This document shows, piece by piece, positions 47,201-64,000 of a stretch of DNA of 64,000 nucleotides. The position numbers were made by a program, and so were the translations under genes. The notes under the pieces were generated by a model that saw only the letters and a program-made list of their open reading frames with translations, had not been told where the DNA came from and searched no databases. The DNA is from Chrysomallon squamiferum. Lineage: Eukaryota; Animalia; Mollusca. The stretch spans positions 12,214,001 to 12,278,000 of the forward strand of contig CM022666.1 of NCBI GenBank assembly GCA_012295275.1, read 5' to 3'. Position 1 is the stretch's first letter. The number at the start of each line of letters is the position of its first letter.

Positions 47201-47665
47201 ATATTTGTTTAATAGAAGTGACAGTTGTGATAATAATCGAAGTGTATTAGAAGTAATAGCTGTCACAGCTATCTCGATATTTAGAAATAGTAATGACAAA
47301 ACTTGCTTTAGTAATAACGATAGCAACAAATATGGAAACATTTAAATATTTAGTAATAGTAATGACAGAACTAGTATTACTAATGCAGGTAACAATAGAT
47401 ATAATAACATTTAAGTATTTAGCAATATTTGTTTCTTAGTAATAGTAATAAATATAGTATTAATAGTGGTGAGAACAATATATGTAGTAATATTTGAAAA
47501 AAATGAGATGTTTTGTTTATAGCTATAGCTAGTTGTTTCTCAAATAGCCTTCAAACATTTCGATTGATTTGTCAGTGCACATCTGTTGATGTATTGATTC
47601 TTGAGTATGAAATATTTTGTTCTTGAAAAATGCACGAGTCATGGGACGATTATATATATATAGAT

Positions 47666-47744
<79 letters not shown>

Positions 47745-47969
47745 TAGATAGATAGATATAGATAGATAGAAACACACACATATATAAAATCGCTTAGTAC
47801 ACATGCGTTCATATTGACAGATGTATATATAATTATGTGTTTTAAGAAAAGTGCTGAATAAAGTAAGTAAAACAAAAGATGGTAACATGACAACAGAACT
47901 CATTACAAAAGAAACAGCCAAAAATATTCACAGTTTAGTTCTTTAATCTCTCTCTCTCTCTCTCTCTCA

Positions 47970-48052
<83 letters not shown>

Positions 48053-48123
48053 GATCCTGGATTATATATTAAACAAGCCTAAAGCAAGTTAATATCTAGG
48101 TGTACAGCGGAATATAGTAGCTC

Positions 48124-48130
48124 TATAAAA
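48124..48130 (+). promoter_or_regulatory. Possible TATA box upstream of the GALNT gene
   Basis: TATAAAA lies in a unique island ~750 bp upstream of the ATG. An acceptor (TTACAG, 48840) just before the ATG implies a non-coding first exon. The TSS is not established. Confidence 0.25.
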
Positions 48131-48870
48131 CTGACATGTAAACAGCTGTCCAGGTGTTACAGTGTTTTGTATTACAATTGAGACGCCATCAGCTGGGAGT
48201 GTCCACAGAATTGCAAGACATCGTACTGCCGTTGACTGATAGCTGATAAACCAACTTTGTGTCTGTGTCACATAACGTTCATTATTAGTTACCAACCATC
48301 AGTTTTCTTGTTCTTCTTATCGGCATAAGTCATTCTGATTTTGTCATTTTAAGTTTTTTTTTCGTTTCTTTTCTTTTTTAAATTATTATTATTAGTAGTA
48401 GTAGTAATAGTAGTAGTAGTAGTAGTAGTAGCAGTAGAAGTAGCAGTAGTAATAGTAGTGGTAGTAGTAGAAGTAGTAGTAGAATAGCGGTAGTAGTAAT
48501 AGTAATATTAGTAGTAGTAACAATAATAGTAGAACAACTAGTATAACAGTAATAGAACTAGTGGTGTAGTAATAGTAGTAATAGCAGTAGTAGTAGTAGT
48601 ATTTATTGTTGTTGACGTTCTGTTGGATTAGTAACACAGTTAAATAGAGTGTGTGTTATATCTGCTACAAGCTTGTTATTCGTAGATTATGTTTATATAT
48701 ATATATATATATATATCGATTACTGCTGTTTACTTTATCGCGATTAATTAGCTACCTTGCTTCTTACTATAATCACATTACATACATATATATTTATGTA
48801 AACGAAAACTGTATTCAATTATGTTTAATTATAATTACAGATAACAGGACAGTCTGAGTACGTTAACATC

Positions 48871-56611
<7,741 letters not shown>

Positions 56612-56719
56612 TTTGTTTTTTTAATAGTTTACAGAAACTTTTATCATGTTAATTATTATTTTGTGTGACTGTGTGTTCAGTACAAATTTTCTGTTTTAAA
56701 GCAAGTATTTGTAAAATTT

Positions 56720-58000
56720 ACCATTCACCAGTCTAAATATTAGATGCTGTTATATGCAGTGGTTTTAATGGCAGGAGAAATAATTAATTTGTCTTTACTT
56801 ATTATGTCTATCATAAAAGAAATTTGGGCAATGCCAAAAGGACAAGAAAAATGTATAATTGTATTTTATTGTAGACATTTACCAATGAAAGTATTATTAT
56901 TTTATTTTTCTCTTTGTGTGTGTGTGTGTGTGTGTGTGTGTGAGCGTGCCTGTGTGTTCTTTTTCAATAGCAACCAGATATATTATTATATCTATCAGCC
57001 TAAATATTAGTTAATATTTTATCTAGCAATATATTTTATTTAATCATTTTAATCGTTTGTGAAATAATAAATTTGTCTTATCACAAAAGATATTTTGGAC
57101 ATGAAAACAAGAAAAAATTTGATTTGCATTTTATTGTAGACTTTTTCCAATGAAGATATTCTTCTTCTTATTATTATTATTATTACTACTTAAAAATATA
57201 TATATATTTTCTGTTATTAAATTTCTTTAAATTTTTAAAATTTGTATTACCAACCATTTATAGTATTATCATTCATCAGTGTAAATATTAGTTAATGTTT
57301 TATTTAATGGTTTTAATGGTTTGTGAAATAATTAATGTTTGGATGTGAAAGCTACAAGAAAATTTTATGAGCTGTATTTTATTGTAGACATTTACCCATT
57401 TCTGTTTTTTTTTCTTTTATGTGCATTCAATAGTTGCTTTTTGGATGTTTATTTTTTTTTAAAAGCAACCATTTATATTATTACTTAACATTCATCAGTG
57501 TAAATATTAGTTAACATTTTTTTTAATGGTTTGTGAAATAATTAATTTATCTTTACTTATGACTATCATGAAAAAGAATACAAGAATAATTTAAATATTG
57601 ATTTCACTGTAGTCATATATCAATGAAAGTATTTTTTTTTTTTGCTTTTTTATATTATTTTATTTTGTTTATTTTTAGATTTTTAATAGCAACCATTTAT
57701 ATTATAATTTAATATCATCAGTGTAAATATTGTTTTATTTTAATGGTTTAATGGTCTTTGAAATCATTAATGTCTTTACTTATTATGACTATCATGAAAT
57801 AAAGTTTTTGACATGAAAACTGTAAGAAAAATTTATGAGCTGTATTTTACTGATAAAAGCATTTTATCATCATTTTTTATGTGTTTTCAATAGTTTTTAT
57901 TTTTTAACATTCATCAGTGTAAAGACTTGTTAATATTATACACAATACTGTATTTTATTCAATTCTTTTAAATGTAATTTTTAAAATAAATAATTTGTCT
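56720..58000. repeat. Degenerate ~200-280-bp tandem repeat downstream of the GALNT stop
   Basis: A CATTCATCAGTGTAAATATTAG-like anchor occurs at ~56722, 56990, 57270, 57490, 57714 and 57908. Each is followed by GGTTTGTGAAATAATTAAT and TTTATTGTAGACATTT-like motifs. Confidence 0.75.
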
Positions 58001-58903
58001 TTGCTTATGAGTCAAAATAAAATTAAAAGACATTTTTTCAGAAATAATCTGTTTACTAGACTGAGTCAATCATAACAAACAATGTTTCAGTGTTCTTTTT
58101 CCATTACATCCTGTAAAAGGTCCCTTGCTATTAGTCAATAAAGCAACCTAGGCTTCTATCAAACTTATTTAATGTGTAAAAAATACTTAGAAAACTCAAT
58201 GTGATTATTGTAAATGTAGAAAAGTAACAATTATAAAATAAATACTTTCAAACATGCTTTGATTTATTGGGATGATGATTAATGCATTTGCATTAGGTTA
58301 GTAAACATTTCTAAATGACTAAGACTATTCACTGTAGCTGTAATTGCTTTTAATTTGTTATAATCTCTGTTAGTAAAAGCACACTTCTTGTAAATTGTTG
58401 GTACAATCTGCCTATTTCTTGTGAATAAATAGATTCATTTTACCATCAATGTCAGTTTGAACTATTTCAGTCTAAGAACAAGTTAAATATCTATATGTCT
58501 ATGAATATTTTATTGGTAAAGCTTTGTTTTATTAATATATTTAAAGACAGGTTTATGTTATACTTGAACAATATATAGATAAGAGAAAAAAATATAATAA
58601 GATATTTAAATTTAAAAAAAAACTTTTTTCAGAATTCATATATTTTTTCTATGGAAAGAAATGATGTGTTATATTATAAAATATCCAAAAAAGCCATACT
58701 GCTTCAAAGAAAAAGGTTTATATTAAATTCTTGTAACAGTTGTACATAATACTACTAATAAAAAAAGAATTTCTGAAGAAGAAAAAAACGCCCTCAAGGC
58801 TATATCAAGTTGTAGAGGTCAGTAAAGTTAGTGGGTAACATCAAAAATCACATTTTCATGATTAGCACTTTTCAGTCTATTCACAATATGAAAAAAACAC
58901 TTT

Positions 58904-61275
58904 TCAAAATATCATGGCAGCCCATGCTAAAATAAGCAGTGTTCCTCCATATGGAGTGATCCAGCGAATGCGAGTGTCACCTGTGAGAGCGTGGTAGTAG
59001 CAGCTACCACTGAACATCAACATCCCTGCTGTCATCATTGAACCAACCTGGAAAAAAGTTAAAATAAATAAATAAAAGATTTATTTAAATAAAATATTTT
59101 TAAACACAAAATAAATAAAGATTGTATAACAGAATAAAATATATAACATCAAAAATCCCATAATCAAATGTAAAATTGACAGACAGAATTGATGTTTTAA
59201 AAAATAAAAAAATACTGTTTATAAATGGACATGTTTGAATATAATATTAATTTAGGAAAGTTTATAAACTCACCAACAGTGGCCTTCGAGCCAGGCAGGT
59301 ACCCAGCAAAGCAGCAGAATGAATCAGATGTTGTTTGTTTCCAACACTGAATGTCTGAAACATCCCAAAAATAATATAATCAGTTTTAAAATGTTAAAAT
59401 AATAAATGAAAAAATGTATTTATGAAACTGGACTGGACTGGAAAAAAATAATATACATAAATAAAAGAACTAGGTTACATAAGAGGCCTGTCATACCTTT
59501 TCAAGAATGACAGAATGAATTGCTGATACAAAAACTAGTAATTGAAAATTAAAATATAATTGTCTCAGATTTGTTTTTAAAAAAAAAAGAAGCGAAAATA
59601 ATAATAATAATAATAATAATCATAATCATAATAATAAAAAAAAAAAAATTAAATAAAAAAAAAAAAAGAAGAAGGGAAAAAAGATTATGAATGGGACTTT
59701 ACTTACTACAGTCAATAAAGATTGTTTTCAGCACTTGATGATGTTAATAATAAATACATTATTGTTTTAGTTCAGAGCAGTTGATGAGATTGTTTTTATG
59801 GAAGAAAAACTGACACAAACAAAAGCTGTTTTAGTACATTAATCTGGAATGCCAAAATTCTGTATTTAGTAAGAGAATAAACTTACAACAGTGAAAAAAA
59901 AAAAAAAAAAAAAAGTTCAGTTTAACATGATCAAAGATTTTCTAGTGTTAGTAAATGATGAAAACCTTTAATATAAAGTTACCTTTCTTTTATTGTATTT
60001 ATTTTGCAATACCAACTCTACTAAATTTTTCTAACTCAAACTGTATTTATACTTTTTAGTTCTGAATAAATTGTTTTAATAACTTTTTCCACAATAAACT
60101 ATTCTTCATTAGAGCTATATTATGCACTGATATTTTTATTGATGCATAATATTTAAAAAATTATAATATTTTTTGAAAACATATAGGGTAAGGTGGGGGG
60201 GGTATATCTTGACCCTTTTCTATTCAACCTCACCTACAGCTTTACAGACAAAAGGAAACCACAAAATGGAGTGAATAATGTGTAGTATGTGCATTTCTGC
60301 TTCAGTATACACAAACACTATATGCGTAGTGCTTATACTTCTGAAATAGGAACCAGGTCAAAAATTGTTGACAGTGGACAGATTTGCCCCATCGATTTGG
60401 TCCTCAAATTTGTTGTACTGATTATTGCTATGTAATCATTGTACTAATAATAATTTGTCCTAATCATAATACAAGTCAGATTCAAAACTTCAATTAACTA
60501 AACTCCTTGACAAATATCACAAAAGAATACAATATTTTTCAAGTCTGCACCAGCTGGGGTTTCGAGGTTTGTGCAAGGATCACGACTATATCAATTTGGG
60601 CACCCATCACATCCTTTGAACTCATCGGAATTTATGCCATCATCATCTCTGCCACTGCATTTACATTTTTCTTATGTACCTATTACATCTTTGTCTTCTA
60701 GTTCAGGCTTATCACTACCGATGTTTTCTTTGACTGCTTCCACCAGTTCTGCTGTAGCATTCAAATTGAGCTGCAGTTTTCCCATTGTTATTTTCTGTTT
60801 TTTTCATTTTTTCTGCCTCTCTCACCTTTGCTCTCTCTGCCTTTTCTTCCTCCTTCCTCTTCTTCTCTGCCAACTCTTCTTCATACCTCTTGACACTTTC
60901 TTCTTCTGTCAATTCCTCAGCATACCTTGTTGTTTTCATTATTTTCTGGCCACTATACTCCATGTGTAAACGGCTCAGGATCTACATCTTTTGTTCTAAT
61001 GAGAGATAGTAAGGTCCTATTTATAACAACAAAGTTTCGGAAGCCTGGGCTGAACAATATAGTGGCTGTAAGTCATAATATACCTCGAGGGCCAGAATTA
61101 CCCCCACCTTACCCGCTAATTCATGTCTTACTATTATTACAGACTTAAATGTACCCAGAAAAACAAACTGTGAAATAAATTTCATAGTTAAAGTTGATTT
61201 ACCTCTTTTAGAGCATCATCTGCATCACTAGCCCGGAAAGCTGAAATTAAAATGAATTTGATGTCAATTTATTAC

Positions 61276-61325
<50 letters not shown>

Positions 61326-61709
61326 TAATATACAGAGAGGATTATCAGTAATACAATATTTCATGACACAGCAAATATTATAAACAAATAATAAACTTAT
61401 GATAAACTGCCTTGTGTTTTGCTGAATAGATATTAAACTATTTTTAAAAAACCCATAAAAATTACAACAATGATATGGAATATTTCTGACAAAGATTTTA
61501 ATGTTTTCATTTTCAGCAATACTATTTTAATTGTTCATGTAAATATCATTATTGAAATAAAATTAAATTCCAAGTTTATTATGTCAAGGGGAAACAATTG
61601 TTGCTTACATACTAATTTACAACTTAACTACGTTGCTATGTCATTACTCATTTACTGGTCTAAGAATAATAAAATGATGTTCAACATCCAGAATGAAAAC
61701 TATAATAAT

Positions 61710-61742
<33 letters not shown>

Positions 61743-61942
61743 AATATACCGTGTGCGCCGTATGCCGACATAGCCACAGCAATTGCACCAGACAGACCAG
61801 CCACTCTGACAAAAAGATATGGACGTGCCATTTCAATTTCTTTAATAATTACTTTTTCTATTTCTTTTGTTGCTGCAATCTGTGGAAGTTGGTTATAAAC
61901 AGTTTGTAAAAAGTTAGTAACGTCTTTCAAAATATATGACAT
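58904..61942 (-). CDS. TMEM256: Transmembrane protein 256 homologue (DUF423 family)
   Basis: Exons 61942 (or second ATG 61831)-61750, 61240-61203, 59354-59274 and 59047-58904. Motifs: AGLSGAIAVAMSAYGAH, NKQHLIHSAALL, GMLMFSGSCYYHALTG, TPYGGTLLILAW. Confidence 0.93.
60186..61114 (-). mobile_element. Internally deleted DNA transposon (pogo/Tc1-mariner-like) in TMEM256 intron 2
   Basis: TIRs: GGGTAAGGTGGGGGGGGTATATCTTGACCC on the left (preceded by TA) and GGGCCAGAATTACCCCCACCTTACCC on the right. The minus strand keeps a K/E-rich coiled segment and a broken PHD-like finger (CKC..GCDGCPN*Y...C...FFCDIC). Confidence 0.75.
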
Positions 61943-62343
61943 AATGTCATCAACGGAACATGGCGTAGTTTGCAAATAGTAATTACATCATGTATTCCCG
62001 TTTCCTAATTTTATTATTGACTAATTCCCGTTCGATTTCTTAAAACGTTTATTTAGTTCATGGAAAGCGTAATATTAATGATAACCAGTCTTTCTGAGTT
62101 TGGTCATTCAGTTAAGGTTAAAATATGGAAAACAATAATTTACCCTATACATCGAAAAGTACATTTTTCGCAAAAATCACAACCATAATTTAGAGTGATT
62201 CATGGCATAACAAATATTTTAAGCATTGAAACTGCGATTTAAATAAAAGAAAACTAAATTATGTCAGCTTGTATTTTCCATTTTTATGGTCACGAAACGC
62301 ACATAAGGTTTAAATTTGTTTTACTTAGCATTTATGCTATGCT

Positions 62344-62374
<31 letters not shown>

Positions 62375-62614
62375 GTGCAATAAGAAATATGCCAAGTGCC
62401 ACATTTTTTTTTTTTTTTTTTTTTTTTTATTGCAAATCGGTAAATATCCTTATACTAGTAAAATCTTTGTCGGCAATCTTTAAGAGTTATTTCCCCTTTA
62501 ATTTAAATACCTCTTTTATAGTTGAAAATAGAAAACTGAAAATACAACGTTGTTGTAATCAAAGGTTTGTTTGGTTAAATCTAAATTACAGATTACAGTA
62601 AAGTTTTGTTTAAA
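61943..62614. promoter_or_regulatory. Probable bidirectional promoter region for TMEM256 and DNAJC17
   Basis: Head-to-head start codons are ~670 bp apart. A candidate DNAJC17 5'UTR intron runs from donor AAG|GTTTAA (~62308) to acceptor TTACAG (62591 or 62598). Confidence 0.55.
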
Positions 62615-63529
62615 ATGTCTTTTGATATAACTAAGCTTGATTTATATGGTATACTCGGAGTTGACGAGGAAGCGTCGGAAAAGGAAATTATCAAAGCTTA
62701 TCGAAAAAGTGCCTTGAAATGTCATCCAGATAAAAACCCAAACGATGAGAAGGCAGCAGAAAATTTCCAAAAACTTTCAAAAGCTTTGGAAATTCTAACA
62801 GATGTGTCGGCAAGGGCAGCATTTGATAAAATTATTAAAGCCAAAAAGGCTGCAGAAGTTAGACATAAACATTTGGATAGCAAGAGAAAAAAGTTCAAGG
62901 AAGATTTAGAGGCTAGGGAAAAGGCATCTCTAGTTACAAAGAACACAGATTCGGAGGCACACAAAAATTTAATAGCAGAAATAGAAAGGCTTAGAAAAGA
63001 AGGATCAAAGCTGTTAGAAAGAGAACAAGAATTGCTGCGTCAAAGATTATCAGATAATCAGACAGAAGCAGACTCGTTTAAGCCTGAAACTGCTGCTTTG
63101 CCGAAATTAAAAATCAAATGGAAAGCTGACAAAAATGATGACTCAAATGGAGGTTATACTTACGATGATCTCTTCGAATGTTTAAATAAATATGGTGATA
63201 TATCAGCTCTTGTCGTTTCCAAAAAGAAAAATGGAACAGCTATTGTTGAATTTAAAAATGGCAGAGATGCCCAGTTTGTAATTCAGTATGAAAAGGGCCA
63301 CACTTCCAATCCACTGACATTTACATGGTTGTCTGGGAAACCATCAGAAGATATTTTGAACAATGATGCATATACTTCCAAACCAAAAAATTCAGATATG
63401 TTATCAAGTAAATCAAACTCCTCTCATGAGAGAGACTTTGAAAGTTTAGTTCTGATGAAAATGAGACAGGCAGAAGAGAGAAGAAAGTTAATTGAACAGA
63501 TGCAAAGAGAGGATGAAGAGATATCGTGA
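62615..63529 (+). CDS. DNAJC17: DnaJ homolog subfamily C member 17 (Cwc23-like spliceosomal J protein), 304 aa, single coding exon
   Basis: J domain with [10 protein letters not shown], coiled coil [17 protein letters not shown] (LKIKWK..GGY..KYG..AIVEF), and C-terminal [23 protein letters not shown]. The first true ATG is at 62615. Confidence 0.95.
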   Translation: MSFDITKLDLYGILGVDEEASEKEIIKAYRKSALKCHPDKNPNDEKAAENFQKLSKALEILTDVSARAAFDKIIKAKKAAEVRHKHLDSKRKKFKEDLEAREKASLVTKNTDSEAHKNLIAEIERLRKEGSKLLEREQELLRQRLSDNQTEADSFKPETAALPKLKIKWKADKNDDSNGGYTYDDLFECLNKYGDISALVVSKKKNGTAIVEFKNGRDAQFVIQYEKGHTSNPLTFTWLSGKPSEDILNNDAYTSKPKNSDMLSSKSNSSHERDFESLVLMKMRQAEERRKLIEQMQREDEEIS

Positions 63530-64000
63530 TGCTGTCAAATATTAATTAACATGACTGTTGACTCGAAACCTTTTTCTTCTTTTTTTTGATAGAATACATT
63601 TATAAATAAAACTTAATTTTAATAGTTCATTTTTCAGTTTCTTTTCCTTTTTCTTTTTTTCTTATTTCACTTTTTTCTTCTTTTTTTTTTGCCAGAATGC
63701 AAAATGAATTTACTGCCTATATAATATAATTTAAAAGTATTTATTTTATTATTAGCAGAGGTTGGAGTCAGTAATGAAGTTTATATAACATAGGCACCAA
63801 CATACAGACTATTCTATTTCTGTATATTCAACATTTCACTATTATTGGAAGTAAAACAAATGCTTGTATGATGATCACAGAGGAACCTCTGAACATTATT
63901 ACTCCTGCAACCAATCAGTATTTAGGTCATGTGATAACAAATAGTTTACTGTTTGTTTGTGTGCAATCGCTTGCATGTGTATGTATCATTGTGTTTGTTT

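Noticed and set aside
60715-60963. K/E-rich ORF as a nested host gene
   Set aside because: It lies between transposon TIRs, has no ATG start in the ORF track (alternative start), and is followed by frameshifted, stop-containing remnants.
62606-62614. DNAJC17 start at 62606 as given in the ORF track
   Set aside because: That codon is TTG. The first ATG, in good context, is at 62615.

Overview
AT-rich, microsatellite-rich animal genomic DNA with spliceosomal GT-AG introns and TTAGGG telomere-type repeats. It is probably molluscan; a degenerate SINE resembles one I recall from gastropods, which is unverified. From left to right: (1) a satellite plus interstitial telomeric block (1-2.3 kb). (2) TUBGCP3/GCP3 on + (3407-17268, 26 coding exons); its penultimate exon is scrambled by a 49-bp minisatellite built from its own exon end and splice donor. 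(3) A tandem segmental triplication (about 17.8-36.8 kb) of an uncharacterised ~280-aa, ~7-TM protein gene on -, with two intact copies, one orphan exon and one pseudogene. (4) A secreted F-type lectin + PAN/apple gene on -. (5) A divergent polypeptide GalNAc-transferase on +, with a MITE and an RTE-like LINE relic in its introns. (6) TMEM256 on -, with a pogo-like transposon relic in intron 2, head-to-head with (7) a DNAJC17 whose CDS has no introns. Gene models were built by hand from splice sites and remembered homologue motifs; no database search was run. The best candidate for an undescribed system is the diversifying 7-TM family. It is an inference, not a demonstrated function.
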